A stretch of 64,000 bases of DNA from Octopus vulgaris (GCA_951406725.2 OX597829.1:51956001-52020000), one strand, 5' to 3'. Counted from the first letter of the stretch, positions 36,001 through 46,835 are shown. Program-made: numbers and translations. The notes: a model not told the origin generated them from the sequence alone.

Positions 36001-38926
36001 GTGAAATGTTTAGCATGGAATCTTGGAGATGATGTACAGCAAGGGTTGTGGGGAAACGACCATAGATTATCGTATTAGGAAAGGGTCCAGTTCCAGCTTC
36101 CATGACATTTTCTTGTTGGAATTTAAAATTTTCTCTGGAGGTCTGAGTTTTGTAATATTAAAAGGATTATTCTTGATAAATAATATTCGTTTAACCCTTT
36201 CGATACCAACCCAGCTGAAACTGGCTCTGTAGTACAAATGTCTTGTTGCCATAAGTTTTGAATTAAAATCTTCCACCAAACCTTAGTCACAATTTATGTT
36301 CCTAACACTAGCTTAATGATAACTAATTTATTTTACTAAATTCTTTGTTATATCTGAAATAATTGAAAGAAACACAGAGCATCTCAACAGAAATATGGTA
36401 ACAAAAGGGTTAAAATATATAATAGAGAAACAATTCTTAACCCTTTCGTTATCAACCTGGCTGAAACCGGTTCTGGCTCTGTAGTACAAATGTCTAGCTT
36501 TCATAAATTTCGAATTAAAATCTTCCACCAAACCTTAGTCACAATTTATGTTTCCAACACAAACTTAATCATAACCAAGTTATTTTACTAAATTCTTTGT
36601 TATATCTGAAATAATTGAAAGAAACATAAAGCATCTCAACAGAAATATGGTATCAAAAGGGTTAAATGAATGTATGTACTGTGTTGTTTGCAATATTCTG
36701 TGAAATTAAATATTTTTAGGCAATTGTTTGCAAGTTAAACTTGCAATGTTATTAGAGTTGGTTAGAATGTGTACGTATGATTTGAAAGGGCAGAGATTAA
36801 GGAGTAGTGATAGGGCAGAGAATTCGAAGGATGATAAAGGTAGGAAGATGAAAGGGTATTAGGAATGTGTAGGTGGAGAAATGAAAAGATATCCGGAGCA
36901 TGTGGGTTGAGAAGTGAGAGGGTGTTGTGGGTATATGGACATGGTGTTGGGAAGCTATTGGGAAATATTAGAAAATAGATAGAGGTAACAGGCTTTTGGG
37001 AGTAAAGTGGAGAGAATGGTCAAAAGATATCAAGTGTAAGTGGGTGGAGCAATAAAAGCATATTGGGAATAATTGTCAAATTCTGAAGTGAGGAGATATA
37101 TTTTTCTCATGAGAACTTTTTTTGTTTTTCTTTTTCAGTTGAAAAGTTGCAGGTGTTTACGCAGTAAATGCAAATCCAAAGTTTGCCCATGTTTCAAGAA
37201 GACAGCGTTCTGTTTGCCTTCATGTTCTTGTGCTAATTGTGAAAATAAGGTATTTTAATTATTATTATTGTTGTTGTTATTGTTGTTTGGGGTAAAGCGG
37301 AGAAAGCTGGCAGAATCGTTAGCATGCCAAGCAAAATGCTTAGTGGTATTTCGTCTGCCGCTGCATCCTGAGTTCAAATTCCGCCGAAGTCGACTTTAAT
37401 TTTCATCCTTTCAAGATCGATAAATTAATTACTGGTGAAACACTGAGGTTGATGTAATCAATTAGGCCCCTGCCCCCAAACTTAAGGCCTGGTGTCTTTA
37501 ATAGAAAGGATTATTATTGTTTAGAGTGAAATGCTTCTGAAGTCAATTTTGCCTTTCATCCTTTGGGGCGGGGTGTGGGGTCAATAAAATAAATACCAGT
37601 GGGGCACTGGGTCAGTGTAATCAACCTCTCCACCCCTCAAATTTCAGGCTTTGTGTCAAAATAAGGATAGTTATTATTAGAGTTCAAACTGCACCAAGTT
37701 GACTTTAACCATTCATCCTTTTTTTTTGGGGTGGGATGGAGAGAGTTGATAAAATAGTACTAATTGCAGTCATCATCATCATCGTTTAACATCTGTTTTC
37801 CATGGGGTCTGGGAAGCCAGGAGGCTGAGCAGGCTCCAGTCTGATCTGGCAGTGTTTCTATAGCTGGATGCCCTTCCTAACGTCAACCACTCCATGAGTG
37901 TAGTGGGTGCTTTTTACATGCCACTGGCACGGAAACCAGTCAATGCGGTGCTGCCATCGGCCACATTCTGATGGTGCTTTTTACATGCCCAGACTGGAGC
38001 CTGGTGCAGCCTTCCAGTGTGCCAGCCCAGTCAAACCGTCCAACCCATGCCAGCATGGACAACAGATGCTTGATGATGATGATGAACTGGCAGAATTGTT
38101 ACTGAACCAGGCAAAATGCTTTGCATGTCTTCCAGCTTTACATTCTGAGTTCAAATTCTTTCAAGGTTGATTTTTTGCCTTTTGTCCTTTTGGAGTTGTT
38201 GAAATAAAGCACCAGTTGTGTAATGGGGTGGGGGGTTAATGCAATGAAGTATCACCTTTAAAATTGCTGGCTTTGTGGTTTTTTTTTCTTTTTGAGAATT
38301 CAAATTCTGCTGGGGTCAGTAAATAAAATTACATGTCATTTATTGAGATTAGTTGACCTTTTAAGGATTTCTTAAAAATGCAAGGATTTGTGTTTGTGTG
38401 AAAAAAATTTCCTATTAATAGAGACTCTCTTGCAACCTAATTAATTATGCCAGATCTTGTTGAGAATTTTCAGTGATATTAACTGCAACAGCGCATGGCC
38501 ACACCTTTGCTTGATTGTAGATATTTGAAAAAAGAAAAGAAAAAGGTCTGAATAAGAGCTATTTCTGGTGTACACTGTTTGAACGTGATGGAATTGACAG
38601 CATTGGGTTGGAGATGTTTTGGGATTTGTTAACCCAAACTGTGGTGGAGAGTGAGTGTGCTGCATGAAATTTGGAAAGAAAGGAAAATGGCAAATGTAGA
38701 GTGGTTCTTCTTTTTCCTTTCCTTCTACACCCTTGCCTATGAATGATTAATTAAATGATTAATTGCCTATGAATGATTAATTGTGCCAGTTGTGCTTTGA
38801 TAATGATTTTTCAATTAAATATTGATGACGTTCTTCTTTCTGTTCTTTCAGCCGACATTTTTATTTGACTCATCCACCAGCGATGTGGACAACGAAAATG
38901 AAGACGACGAAAATGAAGACAACTGA
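689..38926 (+). CDS. KIF4: KIF4-like chromokinesin (kinesin-4), 3' part: coiled-coil stalk plus Cys-rich tail, 18 exons; motor domain lies upstream of window
   Basis: 18 GT-AG exons join in phase (1884 nt incl. stop). Peptides recall KIF4A: QQAALGKELKEIN, ISEKRRQKMKSLEQEI, NRVNLIKKMK..WKMKKD.EV, DRKRQFEIQKLQ..ILKRKSEEAAVANKRLKEAL, and a 9-Cys CRCLRSKCKSKVCPC..C...CSC..CEN domain. Confidence 0.9.
2035..2101 (+). CDS. KIF4: KIF4 exon (DFLEDESVKEELVEAYTSVKEK)
   Basis: cattAG / GTTTGT; completes AAG codon from previous exon. Confidence 0.75.
2313..2620 (+). mobile_element. SINE family B, 5'-truncated
   Basis: Body matches 4350 copy. Confidence 0.85.
3016..3325 (-). mobile_element. RTE-3'-end-related short element with (GAT)n tail
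   Basis: (CAT)n..TTTCCATGCTAGCATGGGTTGGACGG..GGATGCCCTTCCTAA..GGGTGCTTTT; many copies (e.g. ~18810, 21265, 23675, 61345). Confidence 0.8.
3608..3667 (+). CDS. KIF4: KIF4 exon (IDKADSSLENVEDRSLEQQD)
   Basis: ttatAG / GTATGT, phase 0-0. Confidence 0.7.
3726..4106 (+). mobile_element. Helentron-associated non-autonomous element (HINE/DINE-like)
   Basis: Subterminal IR TACCTCTGCC / GGCGGAGG, (GTTT)n, 3' hairpin GCGCTC..GAGTGC. Confidence 0.6.
4350..4731 (+). mobile_element. tRNA-derived SINE family B with TSD TATTAATTGTGT
   Basis: GGAGGCGCAATGGCCCAGTGGTTAGGGCAGCGGACTCGCGG..GGTTTCGATTCC head; repeat at ~4333 and ~4734. Confidence 0.88.
5188..5570 (-). mobile_element. Non-autonomous Helitron
   Basis: On - strand 5' A|TCTTTATATATAAA ... 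GC-rich subterminal hairpin ... CTAG|T; no TSD. Confidence 0.8.
5663..5827 (+). CDS. KIF4: KIF4 exon (GDIDNTSLTQEHVMQQAALGKEL...KHQYQ)
   Basis: aacAG / GTAAGT; KIF4-like peptide. Confidence 0.9.
5856..6076. mobile_element. piggyBac-like MITE
   Basis: TTAA|CCCTTTAGTG ... CACTAAAGGG|TTAA. Confidence 0.75.
6115..6516 (-). mobile_element. SINE family A
   Basis: Reverse complement of 1-406 family. Confidence 0.85.
6864..7220 (-). mobile_element. SINE family A
   Basis: Near-identical to 6115-6516. Confidence 0.85.
8952..9046 (+). CDS. KIF4: KIF4 exon (ASMDKLQSEIENLQKERDMLKTELDTKSKAG)
   Basis: ttccAG / GTAGGT, ends phase 2. Confidence 0.9.
9691..10076 (-). mobile_element. Non-autonomous Helitron nested in a mariner-like MITE (~9635-10218)
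   Basis: Same termini as 5188 copy; flanks rejoin to match the MITE at 58400-58590. Confidence 0.8.
12283..12427 (+). CDS. KIF4: KIF4 exon (ISEKRRQKMKSLEQEIDRL...LDQDIQ)
   Basis: poly-T tract + ttcAG / GTATGT. Confidence 0.92.
13128..13688 (+). mobile_element. CR1-like LINE 3' fragment with (ATT)n tail
   Basis: LYTAMVRPHLEFASSVWNPY..ESVQRRATK..RKHFFTLRV..WNKLP; 3' stem-loop GTAGTGC..GCACTGT then (ATT)n; preceded by (TA)n. Confidence 0.88.
13937..14047 (+). CDS. KIF4: KIF4 exon (ILKTNRVNLIKKMKKESDVYRSWKMKKDVEVNKLLQN)
   Basis: cttAG / GTAAGA. Confidence 0.92.
14229..14312 (+). CDS. KIF4: KIF4 exon (DRKRQFEIQKLQRAQEKQQAILKRKSEE)
   Basis: tatAG / GTTTCT; strongly KIF4-like. Confidence 0.92.
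14410..14803 (-). mobile_element. SINE family A
   Basis: Same family. Confidence 0.85.
16050..16450 (-). mobile_element. SINE family A nested in a TTAA MITE
   Basis: Same family; host MITE begins TTAACCCTTTTG at ~16001. Confidence 0.8.
16704..16820 (+). CDS. KIF4: KIF4 exon (AAVANKRLKEALKKQ...ATKLK)
   Basis: tgtAG / GTATGG. Confidence 0.92.
16950..17122. repeat. Perfect inverted repeat: 79-bp arms, 15-nt loop
   Basis: 16950-17028 is exact reverse complement of 17044-17122. Confidence 0.95.
17689..18069 (+). mobile_element. SINE family B with TSD TACTAAGT
   Basis: Near-identical to 4350 copy. Confidence 0.88.
18272..18406 (+). CDS. KIF4: KIF4 exon (TLLEQELEVKVRVKEAKYHLKNLVEDRK...DPPTK)
   Basis: gtcAG / GTTGGT. 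Confidence 0.9.
19697..19779 (+). CDS. KIF4: KIF4 exon (KHITTDGDGSPKEVNISIKKLTDEIND)
   Basis: tttcAG / GTTTGT, ends phase 2. Confidence 0.85.
20715..20764 (+). CDS. KIF4: KIF4 exon (NVQIATLQSEIQEAEN)
   Basis: tatAG / GTAAGA, phase 2-1. Confidence 0.85.
20911..20987 (+). CDS. KIF4: KIF4 exon (KFKGCVETIRSINDSKVLLNFLIEK)
   Basis: ttttAG / GTAAGA, phase 1-0. Confidence 0.85.
21630..22282 (+). mobile_element. Putative non-autonomous hammerhead-bearing (PLE-derived/retrozyme-like) element
   Basis: (TA)n at both ends, internal inverted repeats (~21804-21837 / ~21856-21888; ATATTTACTGGAAA/TTTCCAGTAAATAT), hammerhead at 22044. Confidence 0.5.
22044..22110 (+). ncRNA. Type I hammerhead ribozyme motif
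   Basis: ATGTAG-CTGATGA-AGAT..(AAATATACGT/ACGTATTT hairpin)..ATCT-GAAA-CCGGTA-CTGTAT; palindromic ACCGGT stem III, GUA triplet, stem I with two G-U pairs. Confidence 0.75.
22539..22709 (+). CDS. KIF4: KIF4 exon (SIKERIDH...LVDLQQKYESK)
   Basis: tacAG / GTAACT. Confidence 0.85.
23675..23965 (+). mobile_element. RTE-3'-end-related short element adjoining the PLE insertion site
   Basis: AAAAGCACCATCCGATCG repeats, ..GCATGGAAAGCGGACGCTAAA(TGA)n then (TA)n. Confidence 0.8.
24016..26297. repeat. Left inverted arm of PLE (3' non-coding region / pseudo-LTR)
   Basis: Reverse complement of 30421-32482 and 29685-29901; identical ORF-track peptides at 25097-25390(-) and 31111-31404(+). Confidence 0.92.
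24095..24154 (-). ncRNA. Minimal type I hammerhead ribozyme (PLE, ORF-sense copy)
   Basis: Exact reverse complement of the 32345-32404 motif. Confidence 0.88.
27094..29610 (-). pseudogene. PLE polyprotein (RT - thumb - Asn-rich linker - CxCx5C - GIY-YIG), ~838 aa if two homopolymer indels are corrected
   Basis: Motifs SLKDIPIPS..RIKWKAF, SDKTRNLY, DIDNYYSSI, PMGAPDSA, GLYRDD, NYLDV, SNHP, CTCRDKSNC, VVYKC..VYIGST, CYLC..E..LLN..CRH; frame breaks only at A-runs 28467-28473 and 28049-28061. Confidence 0.9.
29685..32570. repeat. Right inverted arm of PLE, with extra 29902-30420 segment and ~88 nt 3' extension
   Basis: Near-identical reverse complement of left arm; only a few substitutions and one (GT)n unit difference seen in spot checks. 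Confidence 0.92.
32345..32404 (+). ncRNA. Minimal type I hammerhead ribozyme (PLE)
   Basis: CCAC-CTGAAGA-TTGTC/gatcaa/GACAA-GAAA-CAATTG-TA-GTGG: stem I CCAC/GTGG, stem II 5 bp, palindromic stem III, GUA cleavage triplet. Confidence 0.88.
33036..33252. repeat. Perfect inverted repeat: 104-bp arms, 9-nt loop, built from RTE-tail element sequence
   Basis: 33036-33139 is exact reverse complement of 33149-33252. Confidence 0.93.
33506..33589 (+). CDS. KIF4: KIF4 exon (ISFLLKQLKNGSEEEDSPVPKGVHAARN)
   Basis: tacAG / GTAAGT; resembles KIF4A KVLYLLSQLQ. Confidence 0.8.
34588..34704 (+). CDS. KIF4: KIF4 exon (TIFVPDTPDILDNDPDYHPDSS...KKQAKP)
   Basis: ttttAG / GTGAGT. Confidence 0.8.
35471..35704 (+). 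mobile_element. tRNA/CORE-type SINE family C with 17-bp TSD GTATAAGCTTTTAACAG
   Basis: TSD at 35446-35462 and 35705-35721. Confidence 0.88.
36195..36661. mobile_element. Two tandem piggyBac-like MITEs (36195-36409, 36441-36661)
   Basis: Each TTAA|CCCTTT...AAAGGG|TTAA; near-identical bodies. Confidence 0.8.
37139..37249 (+). CDS. KIF4: KIF4 exon: Cys-rich (CXC/tesmin-like) domain
   Basis: tttcAG / GTATTT; LKSCRCLRSKCKSKVCPCFKKTAFCLPSCSCANCENK, 9 Cys. Confidence 0.9.
38852..38926 (+). CDS. KIF4: KIF4 terminal coding exon (PTFLFDSSTSDVDNENEDDENEDN*)
   Basis: pyrimidine tract + tcAG, TGA at 38924-38926. Confidence 0.7.
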   Translation, partial: PTFLFDSSTSDVDNENEDDENEDN

Positions 38927-39519
38927 AGCGTGAAGAGGGTGTATACCATTCCTTTAACTCTATCTGATAGTTCTACTTAAGTTCTTTCAGCAGCAAACTT
39001 TGTCTAAGGGCATATTTGGCAACCCAACTGTGTGTATATGTATATATATATATATGTGTGTGTGTATGTATACATGCTATGATATGCATTTATGTATGTG
39101 TATGAGTGTAATGTAAGTATGCATATGTATACAGTATGTATGTGTGTGTGTATGTGAAAATGCATGGTGTGTGCGTGTGTTCATTTATATTCCTCTGACT
39201 GTCTCATCTCTGAGTTAGTCATTTCTATTTTCCTCACTGATGGAATATTTTGTCGTCAATAGAAATCAAGCTCAAAGAGTCTGAATGTTGTATTGTTTTT
39301 AACTCAGTTGAATGATCATCGTGTTTGCGTGATGATGCCAACTCATCTTTAATAGTGGCACATCTTTGAGTAAATATGTATCCAATCATTACACTCCCAT
39401 TTTATTTATTTACGATTTGAGGGAGTTTTAAAATTTTTTTATTAATTGTTAGCTTCTACACTTTGTATATATATATATATATATGTATATATATACATAT
39501 GTATATATCTCACCATCAG

Positions 39520-40910
39520 AGGTTAACTTTAATTTGATGCAGTTTGACTTTGTGCCAAGAAGAAGCATTTCTGATGCTGCCTTCCTAGTATGGCAACTAG
39601 AGGAAAAACACTTAGCGAAAAAATTAATTAATTAATTAATGAGCCACTGTGCACAGTGGAATGAGAGGAGGGGGATTAACAGAGAAAGTAGTCTTTGTGT
39701 GTGGCAGATGTGCAGTTACGGTAACACTGAAAATGTACAGAAAATAGAGATCCTCAAATGTCTGGGAGGTGGGGGTGGGGTGGGGTCCTTAGAGCTGGGA
39801 GGCAGTTTCTGTTACCTGGACGACCAAATTGGAGTGGTGGAAGTTGTTCTGGAAGTGTAGTTGCTGGAATAAGAACAGGCTGGTCAAAGTTCAGGGAGCT
39901 ATTACCTTTGTTGGTAACTAAGGGTCTCTCCCTCAGAATGAAAGGCAGACAATAAACACTAAAAATGTAAAGAAAATAGACTCCGTGGAATGCGAGAAGG
40001 GGGGGGGACTAGAAGTAGTTGATACCTTCGATTACCTAAGTGACCAAGTCAGTAATGGGTGGTGGGGTGGGTGCTCTGAGAGTGTAGTTACTAGAATAAA
40101 AATAGGCTGGGCACAGTTTAGAGAGCCCCTATCTCTCTTGGTAACAAAGGTCTTTCTCTCAGAGTTAAAGGCAGTTAGGATGGTGCTTGTGTGTGACAGC
40201 CATGCTACTCAGCAGTGAAACATGAGCACTGACTGCAGAGGACATGCATCAGGCTTGCAAGAAATGAAGCTAGTATGCTTCACTGGATGTGTAATGTCAG
40301 TGTGCATGTATGACAGTGTAAGCATTTTGAGAGAAAAGTTGGGCATAAGAGGCATCAGATGTGGTGTACAAGTGAGACAACTGCACTGGTAGGATTATGT
40401 GATGCATATGAATGAGGATAGCTGTGTGAAGAAGTGTCACACTAACTGTGGAGGGAACTTGTGGAATGCTTAGGTGAAGCATGATGTTCGAATGTTGAGC
40501 CTCAATGACAAGTGACCAAGACCTTTGGTAATATGCCATGCTTGAGAAGACCTGTGGAGCCAAGTGACGTCGTAGTTGTATAACTGGCACCTGTGCTGGT
40601 CGCATGTAAAAAAAAAAAAAACACTGTTCGAGTGTTAGGCCTCACAGAGGCAGTGGCATGTGACCAATACCTTTAGCAATATACTGTGCTCGAGAAAACT
40701 GTCAAGTCTTGTGAGATCATAATCATGGAACGTAAAAAGCACCCACTACACTCTCAGAGTTGTTGGCCTTAGGAAGGGCATCCAGCTGTAGAAACACTGC
40801 CAGATCAGACTGGAACCTGGTGCAGCCCCCCCCCCCCCCAGTTATCAGTCAAATTGTCCAACCCATGCCAGCATAGAAAACGGACGTTGAATGATGATGA
40901 TGATGATGAT
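39520..40910 (+). mobile_element. Degenerate RTE-type LINE 3' fragments ending in (GAT)n tail
   Basis: Broken frames with SFCYL.D, GWSKFRELLPLLVTKGLSLRMKGR; shared 3' end ..CCATGCCAGCAT.GAAAACGGACGTT..(GAT)n. Confidence 0.8.
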
Positions 40911-43100
40911 TTAGATATTTGATTAAGTCCTGCAGAAATCCATCATTGGTTCCTGTTTGTCATCAGGGTTGGAATGATGGGTGTATATTGCTCTATTTAT
41001 GGCACTTGTTGGGTTAAAGCACACAGAATGGTAAAAGATTAATATTTGAAATTCAGTCATTGTGGGAAACAGAAATGAATTGCAACGAAATCAAGTCGTA
41101 GCTTTGAATAACTGTATAATAATTGATCTGCATCTTTTGGACAATTTTACATTCGGATTGTGTAATGAAATACATAATCCTGATTTGTTCCTACATAAAT
41201 TGAGCAATGTCTGCTGATGGAATTCATTGGAAAATGGAACATATTTTGAGTATTTAATCAAGAATAAAGAAAAATGTTTACTTTTGCTGACAACAGAGAG
41301 ATTCTGTATTTGTGTGAAAGACAGAGTGCATAGTACCTGTGAAGGGTGATGTTGCTTGATATCAAGACGTGGTAACTGAATGTGGACTGGTTGTGTAAAG
41401 GTTGGAAAGAAATGGACCTATACATGCTTCACTGGATGTTTAATGTTAGTGTGTATGGATGACGGAGCACAAGAAGTGAGCTCAGGGAATAAGTGGGTGC
41501 TGGAGGAAACAAGTACTATCATATGAGAGATGGATAGATAGATGCGACTGTGCTGTTGCAGAAGTGTGATTTGCGTGAGAACAAATGCTGAGTAACAGAA
41601 GTAATGAAAAGAAATTGGAGGAGGAGTGGTTAAAGCTGATTTCAGGACCATGGTGACAAAGGACCACGAGTTGTGAGATGCTGCGCCGAAGAAGACCTGT
41701 ACATTACTTATACAAACATGATATAACGAAAAGATAAAAATGATGATATGTTTTATTGTGCACATGTGTGAAAGTGAGTGAGGCTTTGTAAGAACATTCT
41801 TATTTTTTTGAAAAGCACTGATAGTCAATAAAATAGTTGAAAGGGAGGACACAAAGTGTTTGTAGCTTGTCAAGTATAAACGCTGGGTTTAGCTTTAATG
41901 TTAATCTTTGTTACAGTTAAGTTAGTCTTTAATGTTCAACATTTGGATCATTTAAAAGAAATCTATATAGCGAGCTTAAAAAAAATACTAAATAGTATTA
42001 CTATGATTTTAGTTTTTCAACAAGTATGGAAATTGGTTTCCTTACTTCTAGATTTGTTTCAGTGTTATTCTGATCTCATTAGTCAACATGTTCTTCATCT
42101 TATTGCAATAGTAATGAAAGAATGTACATTTGTTAATCTGTGTCAGTTTAGATAAGACAGCTGACGTCCCCAGTTAAACCATATTGATTTATTTTCTTGT
42201 TACTTGGAAATATTAAGTCTGTCATCGACCAATGTTCTTTGTTCGGTGCATTCCGTAATGCAAGATAACAACCCCGAGAGTGTTCCTCTTAGGCCAGTCT
42301 AAGTGAAATTTTGGCTCAACTACAAGAAGCAATTCACTGCATGTTAACCCTACAGCAACTTGATCTTACATCAATCAAGTTGGTTGCTTAAATCTGCCAT
42401 AAAATAACCTGTGCAGGTCACCAAAATCCTCTTAGTGGCTTTCTCAAAGTCCACTCTCTTCTCCCCAGACCTAAACAGTTTACCCACATCTGTAAAAGTT
42501 AAGAATGCTTCCTTATAATTCCTCAAATAAGTTACCTGCCTGCAATGTCTGCAAGACATCACAAAGTAAGAATTTCTCTGCAGTTTACTGACTGCAAGCT
42601 TGCTCATTTACTAAATTTCAGCAGTTCCTTCTGGTTTCTGTGCGGTAAAGATGCATGGTTCCTATGTGATGCTAACTGAACAGCTTCCAGTCTGTTTCCT
42701 TATGGCCCTACTAAGCTAGTCCATTGTTGCTGAACCGTTTTAGATGGATTTGGGATAAAACAGTGAATGTTCTTATTAATTGATTGGCAAAGAAAAAATG
42801 TCAGAGTTTTAGCACAACAGGTATTTTAGACAAAAATGATGACAAGGATAAATATATATTCTTATTACTTGTAGATTCTTGTAATTTTATAGCAGAAATT
42901 AAAACTAAAAGAATCTCCACTATGAAACTGTCTTTTTAACCCATTAGCATTTAGACCAACCATATCTGGTCCAAATGTCTTACCTGTTTTATGTTCAAGC
43001 TACTCTATCCAGCCTCTTGCATTCACCCTACAATGTCATTTTTTCAAACTAAACAATCACATCATCAAAACCTCAAAGCTATGAGGTAATGCATGATTAA

Positions 43101-43483
43101 TCTTTATATATAAAAGAGAGGTTGTGTGCTGTCTGTCTCCTACGATTTAGATTCCTAACTACTCCCACATTTTGCGGTGCAGTTTAACCAAAACTGGGTA
43201 TCTTATAGTCGTGATTCATATCGAGCCCTTCTGGGTATTAGCGCGCGTCTACGATGAGTCTACGATTTAAAAAAAATTTTACCATCAATTTTTCCCATTT
43301 TTAATGCATTTTTGGCATATATAAGGGCAGTAACTCTCTAAAAATTTATTAAATCTCAGAACGTAAAAAGGTACAGTAACACCCCTCCTTTGTGGTTAGC
43401 CATATTGAGATGGCTATTATACTTTACATCTCTAAAAATGGTTATTTAGTTATTTCCCTTACAAACCCGAGCGATACTGCTAG
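43101..43483 (+). mobile_element. Non-autonomous Helitron nested in a TTAA MITE (42940-43540)
   Basis: A|TC...CTAG|T termini. Confidence 0.8.
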
Positions 43484-44159
43484 TTGAAAATATAAAGAAA
43501 TAAGCATTACGTTTGACAGTCTAACCTGAATGCTAAAGGGTTAAACCAGCCATATCTGGCCTCTCTTACCTACCCTACAATGCCATTCAAAAAAAATAAA
43601 CAATCCCATCATTGAAATCTCAAAGCTATGAGATAATGTATAATTAATTCGAAACATTATGAATAAATAAGCATTACATTTGACAGAGAAATCTGAATGC
43701 TAAAGGGTTAAAATATTTCCTCCAAGATACAGCTCTTCTTGTCCTTTCAAAACTGGCAAATCTAACAGTTTTACTTGGTGCAGTGATTCTGTTCAGCTGT
43801 CCTTCCTTCATTGTAATCATTGGGCAATGGGACAATTGAATACTGATCTATTAAAATTGTTACTAGGTTTATATAGTTCTGTCTTATCTAAAACAATGCA
43901 ACTTCATTTAAAGTTGCTTAGTGACTCCCGAAGTATGTGTGTGTCTATATATGTATATGTATGTGTGTGTATGTATGTCTGTGTAATATATATGCAATCA
44001 TTCACAAACTTGCCATTGCACATTTTATAACTCAAATTTTTCTATGAACTGGATATCTACTATGTTGTATATAATATATATATATTAAAAGGAATTTTTC
44101 TCTGTCATTTGGTTTTAAAAAACATTTTGTTTTTCTTTTCTCCACGTTTGATATATATT

Positions 44160-44378
44160 TCTTTACTACCCACAAGGGGCTAAACACAGAGGGGACAGAC
44201 AAATGGATTAAGTCGATTACATCGACTCCAGTGCGTAACTGTTACTTAATTTATTGGCCCTGAAAGGATGAAAGGCAAAGTCGACCTCGGCGGAATTTGA
44301 ACTCGGAACGCAACGACAGACGAAATACGGCTACGAATTTCGCCCGGCGTGCTAACGTTTCTGCCAGCTTGCCGCCTT
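44160..44378 (-). mobile_element. SINE family C
   Basis: Reverse complement of 35471 family. Confidence 0.82.
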
Positions 44379-45388
44379 CAGCGTTTGATATATGCATGTC
44401 TTCCTTCTCCTGCTGGATCATCTTAACAGGGCTTTGCTCTCATTCAAAGGTAGCAGCTGTAGGCTGGGAGAAGCCTTGTGACAGGCTCCACACCAGAGGC
44501 CCAGTGTCACCTTGGAAGATGCAGAGGGTGATTGTGAGCACTGGTGGAGTTGGTTGGTTGGATCTACACACAGTGATGTCTCTGGGGCCACTAACCTGGG
44601 ATGACCCCAGTCTCATCAAGCAAGCAAGCATGCATACATATATGCATGTTTACATAAACTATTGATGGTGCTCTTGCATTGCTGTAGTTTGGGTGGCTGA
44701 AACCGGCAGAAGGGAGACTTTAGAATCAAGTATTTTGCAAATAATATTGTTGGTTACAGATTGCCGACAAATCACTCACTGGTTTCCTACATTTCTAATG
44801 GTAACCATGATGAGTGTATGTTTAGAGAGGCACTTTGGCAAAAACAATAAAATGGCCATCCTAAAATACAACATATATATATAAAATATAAATATGAGTA
44901 ATGGAGGTACAGGTATGTGTACCAAGGTTGATAATTACATAATGTCTATATTATTCTGATCTAATGAGGTGCCTCAATTTAAGTACCTAATTCAACTGAA
45001 TTATATATACATACATACATACACACACACACACCTGTTTCTATGTTGTACTTTATATCCTGTTAGTGTCATTATGGTTTACTATTAAACTTGGAGGCAT
45101 GTCCATACAGTTTTAGTTCCACCAAATTCCACTTATAAGGTACTGAAGAAGATGATAGAAGATAGCAAAGTTTTCTCACTGTGAAGCAAACCTATTCACC
45201 CCAAAACCAATATCAGCATTCATGGCCACACTTGTAAGAGTTGAGCAGTCGGTTCCTAATTTGAAGGACCATTTCAGAACTTTATCAAAGAGAAGAGGGC
45301 ATAACATTACCAAAACTGTGTAGAGTTGGTAACATTTTGAATCTCGGTCAATTGATAACTTCCAACAAAGCTTGTGTGTGCATATAAT

Positions 45389-45617
45389 TCACGTGACTGA
45401 CCAGGCCATCAGATGTTACTACACATCACTGGTCACAATGCGCTTTGCATTATTTTAGCCCTCAATGACGCCACCCCGCTGGCTAAGCAAGCAAGTCAAC
45501 AGAAGAAAGTTGTAGTGGAGCTTTAGGTGTTTTCGCTCAATAAACACTCTGGAAGTTGAAACCGCAATCCTACGACCGCGAGTCCGCTGCCCTAACCACT
45601 GGGCCATTGCACCTCCA
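45389..45617 (-). mobile_element. SINE family B variant (alternative tail)
   Basis: Same head as family B; inverted partner at 46836-47063. Confidence 0.8.
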
Positions 45618-46269
45618 CTTTCATATGCTAGGCCATATGAAAATAGCTGATCAACAATATGATTCAGTCAAGTATGACCACTGGCCCACGGATATCTTAC
45701 TTCTATATATTCAGACAAACCTGTGTGGCAAGAGGTTTACTTACCAACTATATGGCTTTGGGTTCATTCCTACTAAGTAACATGTTGGGTAAGTATCTTT
45801 TACTATTACCTCTGGTTGACCAAAGCCTTGTGAGTGAATTTGGTAGACAGAAACTGAAAGAAGCTTGTCATATGTGTGTGTATGAATATGTAATAGTTAT
45901 AAAAAAAATCGTATTGAGGGGAATGGAACATTTCATTCACAGAATGAGAATGCTTAATTTCTGGCATGAAAACACGGCGACACGACAGCACTGACCCCAA
46001 GAATGATTTTAAATATAAGAAGAATCCTCTAGCAATTAAAGATTTAGTACCTTTTGAAAGTGATCTTTTTGATCTGGTAAAGAAAATAAAAATTCAGCAA
46101 AGTGAGCAACAGACTCCAAGAGGAAAACCTTAACTATGAGAAAAATTCTAATGGAATTTTTCTACATTCTCACAAAACTAAAAATCTGTACACTTGACAA
46201 GAATTTATACAACAGATTCCTCTTTGACCCTTTCGGTACTGACCCGGCTCTGTAGTACAAGTAATTGAA

Positions 46270-46835
46270 AGAACAGCCATGCTACATGTTAGTGAAACAT
46301 GGGCCATGACTGCTGAGGACATGTGTAAGCTTGCAGGGAATAAAGCCAGTATGCTCTGCTGGGTGTGTAATGCCAATGTACATACTTGACAGTGTAAGTG
46401 CCCAGAGGGAAAAGTTGGATTTAAGAAGCTTCAGATGTGTGCAAGAAAGATGATTGCGCTGATGTGGTCATGTGTTGCGAATGAATGAGGACAGCTGTGT
46501 GAAAAAGTGTCACACCCTAGAAGTTGAGGGAACCTGTGGAAGAGGTAGACCCAGGAAAACCTGGGATGAGGTGGAGAAGCACGACCTTCGACATTGGGCC
46601 TTACTGAGGCAATGACTAGTGACCAAGACCTTTGGAGATATGCTGTGATTGAGAAGACCCAACAAACCAGGTGAGACCATCACGCATGTGGTACGTAAAA
46701 ACACCCTTTGAGTGTGGTCGTTGCCAGAACCGCCTGATTGACCCTTGTGCCAGTGGCATGTAAAAGCACCCACTACACTCTCAGAGTGGTTGGTGTTAGG
46801 AAGGGCATCCAGCTGGAGAAACATTGCCAGATTAG
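46270..46835 (+). mobile_element. RTE-type LINE 3' fragment
   Basis: AMLHVSETWAMTAEDM.., GRGRPRKTWDE; similar to 49760 copy. Confidence 0.75.
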
